Assembly (NCBI GenBank): GCA_965153285.1
Contig: OZ229112.1
DNA length: 64,000 nt
Source of the DNA: Podarcis tiliguerta
Lineage: Eukaryota
Reading direction: 5' to 3' (one strand)
Shown: in pieces, positions 1-10,901 of the stretch
Layout of the letters: each line of letters begins with the position of its first letter
Position numbering within the stretch: position 1 is the first letter of the stretch
Position numbers and translations under genes: made by a program
The notes under the pieces: generated by a model
What the model was told of the DNA's origin: nothing
Seen by the model: only the letters and a program-made list of their open reading frames with translations
Databases searched by the model: none

Positions 1-65
1 AGACAAAGGCCAAAGTCCAGCATGTCTGGTGGACATGCCTCAGGCCTTACATTCACCTGATAGGA

Positions 66-71
66 TTTATT
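66..71 (-). terminator. Candidate GTF3C6 polyadenylation signal AATAAA
   Basis: First AATAAA on the minus strand, about 290 nt after the stop codon. Confidence 0.45.
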
Positions 72-359
72 TTTTCCTTTGAATATCAGTTCCTTGCTGC
101 ACAACATGCTTTGCTGAGTTTTGGAAGTGGCTAATGGTGCAGTGTGGTCTTGTGGCGAGCGGGGGGTCATTGAAAGTAAAAGGGCTTGTGAGGAACAGGG
201 ACTTAGCTGCGTAGTTCCTGATTTGTGAAAGATGGCACTACTTAGCACTTAGATTTAGGGTCCAGTTCTCCTATATGTGATGTAAACAAACCATCGGTCA
301 CAAAGAGTTCTCTAAAACAACGGTATACAACAATAAGAAGGTCCATTAATTGTCATCTC

Positions 360-679
360 TCAACTACAGTCTTTAGAGCAATGTGGAGAATTATCTGCAG
401 TAATAACCTGACTGTCCTCTGAAGAAGAGTCCACTGCCTTGGAGGAGGTGGCATCCATAGGAGGGGCACCACCATCCCTTTCAATGTGTGGATGCATCTC
501 AGGTTCAAAGGCCTGATCAATACTTCCTCTGTCACTGGCTTCTCCTTCAGATTCTTCTGCCATTTTGTCTTGGGACTCAGCTGCGTCTTCTTCTTTCTCA
601 TATAAGAAGTTGCAAATCATGTTAGGTCTGCTGTATGAGAAATCTTTGTCCTTAAGCTCTAGCCATTCCACACCACCAC
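360..679 (-). CDS. GTF3C6: GTF3C6 last coding exon, GGGVEWLELKDKDFSYSRPNMICNF...SKDCS-stop
   Basis: ctgacag| acceptor. Matches human GGVEWLQIKDNDFSYRPNMICNFL, followed by a divergent acidic tail. TGA at 360-362. Spliced CDS is 669 nt (222 aa). Confidence 0.93.
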
Positions 680-1344
680 CTGTCAGAGAAAGAGAGAAAT
701 CAGGAAAAAGATGAGTTGGGGACAGGATTTTAAAACTTTTTAAACTACAGTAGTATTAAATTCACTAGTCACATTTATTCTTTGTCTCTCCTTTTCCTTT
801 GGTCCCTTCCCCTTTCTTTGTCAGTGCCTTGATTTAGATGGTAACTTCTTCAGAGGAAAAGAGTGAATGTCATTCTATAAAGCACAATCTATGCTAATGG
901 TTGTATATAATCGCCATCAATAGGAAGTTTTAGGGTTAATCATGTAGCAGTAGTTAAGAATACATTCATATATGCCATAAGAATACCAGTTGAGGGAGAT
1001 GGGGACATAAAGAGTTTTGTACATATTATTGATAGCAAACTTATAAACAGGCCTGGTATGTTACCCAGTCAGGGCCAGGATTTAACTGGGATCACTAAAA
1101 CAAAGGATCAGAACCACAACTCCTTGTAGGCTCAGTTACTTCCAAGTGGAGTAGAAGTGGTGCCAAGAGAGGGTATGTTTATGAACGAGGGAGGTTAGAA
1201 AGAAGTGAAGCAATCTGTATATACAGGAACTGGGCAAAGGAGGGTGGTGAAGCAATGCATGACATGTAGAAATCTGGCGAGCATGCAAAATGGGATTTCT
1301 AGAAGGGGAACTATAGAAAGCAAAAGCAATTTTCTCAGAACCAC

Positions 1345-1455
1345 CTATGTTCTCTTCTCCTTCCTTCTTCTCAGTCAGGAGTGTCCGTGTCATGTTCAGC
1401 TTCTTCATTGTGTGGCATTTATATTTTAGCTGTATTTTTTGGTTGCCTTCTGCAT
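1345..1455 (-). CDS. GTF3C6: GTF3C6 exon 5, (D)AEGNQKIQLKYKCHTMKKLNMTRTLLTEKKEGEENI
   Basis: tactag| acceptor, weak G|gtggtt donor, 111 nt. Overlaps ORF 1136..1408. Confidence 0.92.
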
Positions 1456-1572
1456 CTAGTATAAGGAAAAATTACAGATTATTTTTAAGTGGTAACTTTA
1501 CTCTTTGCAATGTTCCCCCTGCCTAAAGTTCTCTTGAGCTTTTGAAAAGCTTAGAACAAAAGTATTCCTTAC

Positions 1573-1617
1573 CATGATCTTCATTTTCTTCAAACACCAA
1601 ACAGGTACCAAGAGTAT
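1573..1617 (-). CDS. GTF3C6: GTF3C6 exon 4, (D)TLGTCLVFEENEDH
   Basis: ttcccag| and |gtaag, 45 nt, phase 1/1. Confidence 0.95.
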
Positions 1618-2348
1618 CTGGGAATGAAAATGAACATTTTGTTAAGGAAAGTGCAGGTTACTTTTTAAAAGAATAACACTCAAAAGAGCGGTATCTACTC
1701 TCGTTAAGCAATAGATTTAGAAGATAAGTGTATGTAAAGTTAGGGCCAGAAGAGCTGATTAGTTCATACAAGGGACTTTTGTTTCTTTGCTTCCTTTTTT
1801 CTTATTTAATCAGTTTACACCAATGCCATATTACAAACTTCTCAGAACTACCCTCAATTTCAAAAGCAATTTGCAAACAGATATGGTAGCTAAAACTTGG
1901 ATGTGAAAATTGTTGTCTGCTTTTAGTTAATGTTAACATCTCCTATGTTTGTATTTAGGTGTTTTTACTGTGATGTTATTTGAGAATTTATGGGTGAGAT
2001 CCAACACTATACCAGCAGATGCAACAGGACTTCCCCTACCTCATCTCCCCGCTGTGCCCCTCCCCCGCTTCCTTGCATCCCCAACCCTAAGCAGATTTTG
2101 GGTGCGTGGGGGGAGGGGCTGCAGGAGGAAGGATAATTTCCATTTGTGCAAGTTGAAGTCCATTGTGCAAGCAGGACACTTGAATTGGATATCAGCCTAA
2201 ATGCATTTGCTTTTTCTCTGTGTGGAAAAACAGCAAAGGTATACTACTAATAAAAAATAATTCTGCCTTGGCTCACATGACTAGTTTTATTGTGAATTGG
2301 ATCCTGGCTTATGAAAAGAAGTATAGTATTCATAAAACATTTTCTTAC

Positions 2349-2412
2349 CTTCATATTCTCCAGCAAAAACATATCTGTCTACCTGCAAAATGGGCCTCTC
2401 TGTGTCTACTCC
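2349..2412 (-). CDS. GTF3C6: GTF3C6 exon 3, GVDTERPILQVDRYVFAGEYE
   Basis: tttgcag| and |gtaag, 64 nt. Conserved TFIIIC sub6 motif. Confidence 0.95.
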
Positions 2413-2811
2413 CTGCAAATAATAAAAAGAAGAGTCACGGCTGCATTTAACAAAAAGATCATTAAATGCAAATACCTCCCAAGTAATTTTGACTCAAAGC
2501 GCAGCCTAAATTGCTGAAGTTTGTAACGCTTATGAAAGGTTACAGATATCATTGTCATTCACAAAGAGCATGCAGTCTCTGTTTTGACAGTGTTTATGTA
2601 CCCTAAGCTGATCAGAACTTCCCACTTCGTGTGCACACAACAAAACGAAGATATGCACATTCTTCATACATGACAGTACTTCCCCCCACAACAACCGCAA
2701 ACCAGACTATAGTAAGCAAAACACCTATATTGACTTTTGTAGGTTCTGAATAGAGGTTTGTTGTTCTTAACAAAAACTGCAAAGATGGAAATTTGTATTA
2801 ATCACACTCAC

Positions 2812-2892
2812 CAAAATCTTGCACTTGTTATCACATTTTTCCAGAAAGTCTGAATCAATTATTCCTGACAGTTCCACCATGACCAATTGTTC
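2812..2892 (-). CDS. GTF3C6: GTF3C6 exon 2, EQLVMVELSGIIDSDFLEKCDNKCKIL
   Basis: cccccag| acceptor, |gtgagt donor, 81 nt. Peptide closely matches human GTF3C6 as recalled. Confidence 0.95.
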
Positions 2893-4386
2893 CTGGGGGC
2901 AGAAAGTTTTTAAAATATATTTAAAACAATATATTCATAAACTCAATCAGTCCAGCAGATGGAGCCCATCTGCAAATATATTACTGCTATACAACCACTT
3001 TCCAGGAGCACATATACAAACACATCCACCCAACCATCAACCTCTATGTTGAAATTGCATGCATTTATATTTTCAACCAAGTTTGTGATGCTATGGGAGA
3101 GCATGACATCCACACCTTCTTCTCTCCTCCAAGTTTCAGTAGGTTGGATATCTCACATTAGTTAGTTTTGCTCTAATGCAATGAAAGTGATGTGCATCTT
3201 TCTCCAGTGCCAATTTGCAGCTGCAGCTGACTATTTCAAGTCTTATATTTGTTTCATTAAAAAATAAATAAATCTGTTGCCTTTACTTAATGGCTTTTCA
3301 AAATGTTTCACTGCTCTCACCAACTTAGGACATGGAAAGAAAATCATAACAAATCAGTTTAGAGTAAGTATCAACTTCTGATTCTGTATTCCTAAGTAGT
3401 GCCCACTAGAACTGTTACTAATAAATATGCACCAACATATGCAAGAGGTAGACGAAAGCAATTCTGCTCTTCTGAGTTATAGTAAAAGAAACATAAGATG
3501 CATTCACATTTACCGTATATTTTCAAACACCAGCAGTTTAGTCCCACTTAATTCCAGCAGTAAAGGACTTCACTATTGTACATTCTGCACTGCCATTTCA
3601 ACCCAGGGTAAACTAATGCTGCCTCTTTCTGCTTTTTTCATAGGCTGACATAAAAAGTACTAGCACTCCCACATTTTGTTCCAGCACCAAGTAGGGGAGT
3701 ATGCAGGAGCTATATACAGTTGGAAAGTAGGTACTGTACACTCTACTCCTTAACCATTCACATACAATGTTTCAACCATCCTTAGGGAGACAGCATGAAA
3801 ACTACTGATGGAAGATGCAGCTGTAGTTACTGTCACTGCTGGCCCAGAGTAACTCCTGCGGAACAGAGCCATGTTCAACACAATATCCAGCAGTATAATG
3901 TTTATTATCAAAGTAATAAAAGGGCATGTTTTTCGCCTTTCCTTTGGGGCTATATTCCAGGTGTACAACACATGCTTTGCCCGTAGAAGGGCCAAGTTCA
4001 AAGCCGCATCTCAAAAGTTATGGAGCCGGGAAATATTCCTGTCTGAGATGGAGGGGAACATGGACTTCAGGGAGGTAGACAAACTGTATTCTGCCGGATT
4101 AGGACGGCAGCATGTGACCTTCCAGACTCCAACTCCCATCAACCCCAGGCACCATTGCCATTGGGATGGATAACGGGAGTTGTTCAGCAGCGGCTGGCGC
4201 TCTGCAGATGGACCAATATAACCTGACAGCATGTATAAGGTATACATGTATTCCTTTATACCGTGAGGTAATCATTTTAGTGATCCTGAATATGGACCAG
4301 TGGAGGCAGAAGGCTTTTGAATATTAGGAGATCCAAGTGTTGCAGCTATTTCACTACAGAGAATGGTGCTCCAAGACGCTGTAGTT

Positions 4387-4522
4387 CAGGCATCCCCAAC
4401 TTTCGGCCCTCCAGATTTTTTGGACTACAATTCCCATCATCCCTGACCACTGGTCCTGTTAGCTAGGGATCATGGGAGTTGTAGGCTAAAACATCTGGAG
4501 GGCCGCAGGTTGGGGATGCCTG
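4387..4522. mobile_element. hAT-type palindromic MITE in GTF3C6 intron 1
   Basis: TIR CAGGCATCCCCAA/TTGGGGATGCCTG. 8-bp TSD CTGTAGTT/CTCTAGTT (7/8). Confidence 0.88.
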
Positions 4523-4904
4523 CTCTAGTTTCACTTCGCAACGTATGGAGAGGTGAGTCATGGCATTACTGTAAATGCTGGCGATGACGAGACTAATGCC
4601 AGGAATCGAGTCCGACCGAGCTCAGCAGAACTTATTTCCATGTGAACATGCGTGTGTATCAGGTTGCCCTGAGGAAGCGCAATCCCCATCACCCATCCGT
4701 AGGCGTCAGCCCGGGACTCCCAACGAACCCGGGACGCTGCTTCCACGGCTCTCGGCCCTACAAAGAAAGGCCCAGGCTGAACCACTGGCAGGCCGCTTTC
4801 CCTGCTCAGATTCCGCAGCGGGAGGGCAGCTGGCAGCCTCGTCGCGAGGTGAGGCGCGGAGCAAACCCCGCGGGGTGGGGGGAGAGCCCATTCCTGCCAC
4901 CCAC

Positions 4905-4952
4905 CTCCACCTCCACCTCTTCCCCGTCGCGGGGTCCTTCCGCGGCCTCCAT
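4905..4952 (-). CDS. GTF3C6: GTF3C6 (TFIIIC subunit 6) coding exon 1, MEAAEGPRDGEEVEVE
   Basis: ATG in strong context (GGCATGG) in a CpG island. Acidic N-terminus resembles human MAAAADERSPEDGEDEEEE. Donor GAG|GTGGGT is phase 0 and joins exon 2 in frame. The start choice is inferred. Confidence 0.75.
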
Positions 4953-4964
4953 GCCGGTAGCGCC

Positions 4965-5003
4965 TCAACGAGCGTCACGTGATCCCCCTGCCGCCGCCGC
5001 CAT
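4965..5003 (-). other. In-frame uORF MAAAAGGSRDAR-stop upstream of the GTF3C6 ATG
   Basis: AAGATGG...CGT TGA, then 4 codons to the in-frame ATG at 4952. Confidence 0.5.
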
Positions 5004-6200
5004 CTTACGCAGGACCCTTTCGGCAAGAGCAGCGCCTCTGGTTGCTGCAAGGAGGACTCTGGGCAGGGACGGGAGAGCCGCGCAGTTCGCAGGCTTGGGG
5101 CGGCGGCTTCTGCTCAGAAGCAGCCGAGGGGGAGACAGGTACAGTTCAGGCAGCCTAATGATGACTCATAATCCTCTAGAAAATGTTACTGGGGTGTTTT
5201 GTTTTTAAATATATATATCCTGACCTATAGAGAACTTTGGTGGGGAGCGGGAAAAAAATGCTCGCTTGTATCTTCCGCCCTTTTAACATAAATGTGGTTC
5301 ATTTCGCGGCTTTCCTGCTGTTTAGCGAAGTCCTCTCTGTTAACGACTGTTCCATTCACTGGCCATACTCTCGTCCCGGATACATTTTTAAATTTAAAGT
5401 ATTTATATTCCGCTTTGCGCATAAAACTGCAAAGCACGGTGTAAAAATTAAGCCGCCCACTGTGCCATAGTAATAAAAATAAAGACGTACATTCAAAGGA
5501 AACGGACAAAACCCTGAATGTTAGCTGGGTATTTTAGAACTAAAATAGGCGTTTTAAGAAGAGCTCTCTTGTTATTTATTTTTCGCACCAGGTCATCAAG
5601 TATTAAGGTCAGTAGGCTGCTTTTTAAAATAGCAGCTGCTGGGACCACAAGCCAGTCATCCTTCAAGCCAATTCTTCTAATCGTAAGATTGCAGTTTCAC
5701 CTTCTCTTTTGATAAACTCTGGATGATCTCAGATGCACTCTCCCTTTTATCTTGATGTAAGTCATATACAGTATAAATAATGCACCCCCTACTAAACTAT
5801 GTATTTTAATTACACTATCTTGCTTCAAGACTAAGAATTTCAGCAGCGGATAGGTAAATTAATCTCATAAGTTTTACACAAGCAGGGAAATAATTTAATA
5901 CTGTTTTCTTGGTGAAGACAAGAGGGAGTAATTAGCAGCTGAGATTTCAGTACTGTACTAGCTCAACTTCATGGAACACACAAAAACCAAACCAAACCAA
6001 GGCTAGTATGGGATGTTACATTCATAATAATAATAAAGCTGGTTATTCATTTATTTGTGATGAGATACATACTTGAAGTGGAGAATAACACAAGAAATGA
6101 AAGAATAAAAGGAGTTGATCTTATTTTATTAATGCATATTTGATATTAAGCAATCTCATTTTGATTTAGTCAGGAATGTTACCAGTAGTGGCAAAGCCAC

Positions 6201-6534
6201 AGGTAAAGGTAAAGGTACCCCTGCCCGTATGGGCCAGTCTTGACACTCAAAGAGGCCAAGGGCCAGCGCTGTCCGAAGACACTTCCGGGTCACGTGGCCA
6301 GCGTGACATCGCTGCTCTGGCGAGCCAGAGCCGCACACGGAAACGCCGTTTACCTTCCTGCTAGTAAGCGGTCCCTATTTATCTACTTGCACCCAGGGGT
6401 GCTTTCGAACTGCTAGGTTGGCAGGCGCTGGGACCGAACAGCGGGAGCGCACCCCGCCACGGGGATTCGAACCGCCGACCTTTCGATCGGCAAGCCCTAG
6501 GCACTGAGGCTTTAAACCACAGCGTCACCCGCGT
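6201..6534 (-). mobile_element. Sauria SINE, near full length
   Basis: tRNA-like head with B box (GGTTCGAATCC), ACCTTT-type tail, TSD GCCACAGGTA (6196-6205 and 6535-6544). Confidence 0.9.
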
Positions 6535-7852
6535 GCCACAGGTATCACACACTTAATATTACCTGTATAGGGTGTTAAAAGGCAACTTGAGTACACAACA
6601 ATGTAAGGGTATTGATATAAAACACCATTACTGTTATGGATTATTAAGTGCTACTCCACAACAGGTTAGCAATACCTCCAAGATGTCCAACAGCAACAAG
6701 TTTCAAAATAAGTGCTTACCATCTATAATTTTAAATTTGCTTTTTTCTGTTGCCTGCCAGCAATGATTCAGTCTTATTATTTATTGCATTTATAACCCAC
6801 CTTTTCTCTCAGATGAACTCGTTAGTGTACATGGTTGTCCCCCTTATTTAATCCCCACAACCACCCTGGGATGTAAGTTAAGCAGAGGTAGTGACTGGCT
6901 CAAGGTCACCCTGTGAGCTTCATGGCCAAGTGGGAATTTGAATCCTGGTTTCCCAGGTTTTAGTCGGACACTAACCACTACACACTAGCTTTTCACACCT
7001 TATAGTCAGTCATCCACTGCATTTACCACTTCCTCTGTATGTCCACTCCTCTCATTATCAGAGCACTACCAATAATTGGATCAAATTGCAACCAAGCCTT
7101 GAGGTACCTTAAAGAAATACAGTAACAGTTTTGTTAAGATCTTTGTGGACCAGAAACCACAAGATACATGAAGTGGTAGCTCCAGATGCAGGCACACATA
7201 CATGTGTAGACGATGGCAAGATTAGGGCAGAGGGGTTTAAAATGTAAAAAGTAGTGGCAATTCCAACTTGGTTGTAGGCAAACTAATCATAGTAATCATT
7301 TAAAAGCAACATTGTTAAAATAAATTTTAAACACTGCTCAGTGCCTACTTCAGCCACCCTAGAATCGCCCCTCCCTATCACCATGATCTCTCAAACTTCT
7401 CTTTTCTATTGAAAGCCAGAAGTAAAGCTATTGACTTTTGTCGGTCCTTTTTAGGGGAGCTGCTCATGATAGATTATAAGCAATGGCAGAGTGTTCTGTA
7501 AGAATATAATCACACACATTCAATTGCACTTGGGACTATACACAACTGCTATTTAAATAGTGCCTTCATTCTAAAAACAAGATTACATTAATAGTCTGCT
7601 CTTTGCATTGATTAAAAATAGTACAGACAGGTAGTTGATTAGCAGGATTAGTGCTTCCAATAGGCTTAAACCTCCTGGGTCAGCCTGACATTTGATTCCC
7701 CATCACAGTTATTAGCATACAAGGGGCTATCTGGAGGTAGACAAGAACTTAACCAGGTCAAGGCTTGAAGTTGCCATGTATTAATTCAAAATAGAATTAT
7801 CTAAGTCAGGGTAAACAACATTCACTCATTGAAAGAGCTTAGAAAGCAAACT

Positions 7853-7858
7853 TTTATT
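7853..7858 (-). terminator. Candidate distal AMD1 polyadenylation signal AATAAA (3'UTR about 1.9 kb)
   Basis: AATAAA with several upstream TGTA motifs and a downstream GT/T-rich tract. No repeats recognised in the UTR upstream. Confidence 0.65.
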
Positions 7859-9380
7859 GAAGCATTACAATTTCAGGTACAGATATATTTTTGTACATTT
7901 TAATGATCCATGTCTAACACCACAAGAGAGAAGATTTAACACCAAACATCACCCCCTCCATTGTTCGCCCTAGAGTTTAAAAATACCCAATTCAGCTGCT
8001 TTCTTTCTATCCAAGGCTTTTTACCTGAATCTGCATTTTCAGTATTATTGAAGGGAACTTCAGTCTAGCAGACCTCAAGTCAACTTGAGGCACTCTTTCA
8101 AGAACAAAAACCATTTGAAAAATTGGTCCTCAAAATCTAAAGCACCCTAAACTGTTAGGTGCTACTTATAAGCAAAATTGGTAATTTTGGTAGAAAACAA
8201 ATCTACTTAAAAATAAAAAGGTGTTCAACCGCTTGATATCCAACCAAGCAGATTTAGTAGCCTAGAAACACTAAAAAAGTGTTTCATTTATAAATACAGA
8301 AGGAACAAAATATTGTCATATTCAGAGAATCAAAAACATAGCAAAGATGAGTGTCAAATTTGTAACAGACTTCCTGGTCTCAACAGCTGAAATCCCACAG
8401 TATTTCCAAGGTTACTTGAATATACTGTCTCAGAAGCTTGAAGTTTATATTCATGAAGTGGTATTTCCATGCCTAAATTGTTATTAAAAGTTGTGCATAA
8501 AGTGTTGTACTTGACTGTCTAGGCTCCTCATATTTTGCCTCCTGCAGCCAAATCACTCAGTGCCTTCCACATCTTGTAAAAAGGAACCACACGTTAATTA
8601 AGAAACACAGATGAAGTCACAATATTATTAAGTTCAGCTTAAATATCACATGCACAATGCTGTCACAGGACGTCAGTCACAGTGTGGAAGGATTTGTGGT
8701 GTTTGAATATGCAACAATAGAGCCACCTTATTTCACAGTAAATGGTAACGAACCATTTTGTGCAGTAGTTTGAATCACATTCCATTAGATGTCCCTGCCA
8801 AGTTACCAGTAAGTACCAAGCTCCAAACCAATTAGATTCCTCAACGCTGCAACTATTTGAAGCTTGTCAAATGCCTAGAGTCAGCTTAGTCTATATTGTC
8901 ACAATTGTGTAAGTACCCTTACACGGATGTTCAACAATTTTCACCAGTTGCTATGTGTTGCCTTTGAACAAAAGACCAACACAGAACAGAAATGGTCTTG
9001 GCCGAAACTGAAAAAAGTTGATCAAAATAAAATGACCAATGAGCAATTAAGTTTCCAGAAGTAAAAAGCTAGTGCGTTAAACCCCAGTATATTGTTTCAA
9101 CTGGTTGTGAAAATATACACAGACCTAGTGATAATTTTTTATACTAGCCTCAAATTTTAAAAAGTGAAGTAGTCCACCATGTGTAAGTAGTCTTGTTCTA
9201 CCAGTCTCAGTATTTCAAAACTGCAAAAAGTTTGAATCTGCCATCAAAGAGTTATAAAATAAATGTCAATTAGAAATTGCTCAAATTCAAGATTATTTTT
9301 AAAATTTTAAGTTACAGCATACATATGAAAAAAGTTAGGCAACAACTAATTGTTTCAGATAAGTAGGTCCATGGGAAATC

Positions 9381-9752
9381 CTAATGAGGACGAAATCCTT
9401 GTCTGTGGGGAATTTTTGGTGATACGTTGAGAAAAACTATACTGCATGTAATCCTATTGGAATTTTTACAAATGCTGTAGAGTCTCGTACAGTAACATTT
9501 TTCTACATGCATTTCAATTTCACAGCAAAAGTGAAATAGAATACCTAAACACAGTAGAGAGTATTCATGCAATATATCTAATTTTTTGATATAATAATGC
9601 ATACAATTGAAAATTATACTATGATTACATTTAGGGCTTTCTGCAACTACGAGGTGGATATGAAAAATATGGCCCCTTGTATCATTAACTAGAAAGCAAC
9701 CACCACCTCCTCTATTGGGTATCTTTTTGCGCTTTTTCTTCATTTCTCTTAA
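9381..9752 (-). other. AMD1: AMD1 readthrough tail: 123 in-frame codons after the UGA, ending KIPHRQGFRPH-TAG (ribosome-stalling element)
   Basis: Frame continues TGA TTA AGA GAA ATG AAG... with no stop until TAG at 9381-9383, in AT-rich 3'UTR. Matches the described vertebrate AMD1 tail. Confidence 0.9.
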
Positions 9753-9887
9753 TCAACTCTGCTGTTTATTCTTGGCAAAACTGGTAAACACGAAGTTGTA
9801 GTCATTAAACTGAGCAATCTGGCGATCTAGGCGCTTAAAACCTTCAATCTTCTGGGCTGAAGAAAACACTGTGCGACATTTTGAACT
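9753..9887 (-). CDS. AMD1: AMD1 exon 9 coding part, [21 protein letters not shown]...FAKNKQQS-stop
   Basis: ctattag| acceptor, TGA at 9753-9755. Spliced CDS is 1023 nt (340 aa). Confidence 0.97.
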   Translation of the reverse strand, partial: SSKCRTVFSSAQKIEGFKRLDRQIAQFNDYNFVFTSFAKNKQQS

Positions 9888-10000
9888 CTAATAGAAAAAG
9901 AAAAAGATATTCTTCAGATACACGAATCTTGATGGTAGAATATTCAATACTAACAAATTAAGAGGGGTAACCACGTTTGTATGTTGTAACCAAGAGCCTT

Positions 10001-10355
10001 AGGTAAAGGTAAAGGGACCACTGACCATTAGGTCCAGTCGTGACAGACTCTGGGGTTGCAGCGCTCATCTCACTTTATTGGCCAAGGGAGCCGACTTACA
10101 GCTTCAGGGTCATGTGGCCAGCATGACTAAGCCGCTTCTGGCGAACCAGAGGAGCGCACGGAAACGCCATTTACCTTTCCGCTGGAGCGGTACCTATTTA
10201 TCTACTTGCACTTTGAGGTGCTTTCAAACTGCTAGGTTCGCAGGAGCTGGGACCGAGCAACAGGAGCTCACCCTGTCATTGGGATTCGAACCGCCGACCT
10301 TCTGATTGGCAAGTCCTAGGCTCTGTGGTTTAACCCACAGCGCCACCTGCGTCCC
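10001..10355 (-). mobile_element. Sauria SINE in AMD1 intron 8
   Basis: Same family. 12-bp TSD ACCAAGAGCCTT (9989-10000 and 10359-10370). Confidence 0.92.
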
Positions 10356-10901
10356 TTCACCAAGAGCCTTGTGCCACCTTTAGAAATAAATTATGGCATA
10401 AACTATAATGGGCCAGAGCTCCATTTAAGAGTTGGGTGACATGACACACCTTTTGAGTAGGCATAATTTATTGTAAGTACAGAGAAAACGTGTGCGCATG
10501 AGTTTGAAGGGGGCAGACATTTTACAATCCCTTGGCTGTTGTAAGTCCAAAGAGATTTATTATGCACAAAAGCAGGAAGATGAGATAAGTTAAAAAGGGA
10601 ATGATTTACTTGCAACTAATGAATTAGTAAGCAAATTAATAATGTAAAGATATTAAGTTGGAATTCATATGTAGATGATATTTAGGACTAGGGATCAACT
10701 GAAACTAGGAATAGCTAGTTCATTACAGAATTTTATCTCTTAGTTTATCTTGATGTGCTAAATCTTCTATGATTGGATCTTTTATTCTAGACTATTTGCA
10801 TAACACAAATGAAAATGCAATCCAGTAAAATGTATTGTATTGTTTAGTCTTCAAAGGCTTGCTTGAAGAATATCTTACTTCCCCTATCCTTTCCCTTAGA
10901 T

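Larger units (their letters stand above)
4560..5480. promoter_or_regulatory. GTF3C6 CpG-island promoter
   Basis: CpG-rich. YY1/TISU-like AAGATGGCGGC (minus strand, ~4995-5005), E-box CACGTG 4976-4981, E2F-like GCGGGAAA 5247-5254 and TTTCGCGG 5302-5309. Confidence 0.75.

Noticed and set aside
4558-5208. Several 110-190 aa overlapping ORFs
   Set aside because: Low-complexity Arg/Pro/Gly translations typical of a GC-rich CpG island. The real exon is in another frame.
6440-6534. tRNA-like B box GGTTCGAATCC
   Set aside because: It is the head of a Sauria SINE, not a tRNA gene. The same applies to the other copies.
9753-9755. AMD1 UGA as a selenocysteine codon
   Set aside because: I recognised no SECIS (no folding was run), AMD1 is not a known selenoprotein, and ordinary readthrough explains the tail.
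10078-10305. Similar ORFs at 10078-10305 and 29058-29264, suggesting a gene family
   Set aside because: Both are translations of Sauria SINE copies.
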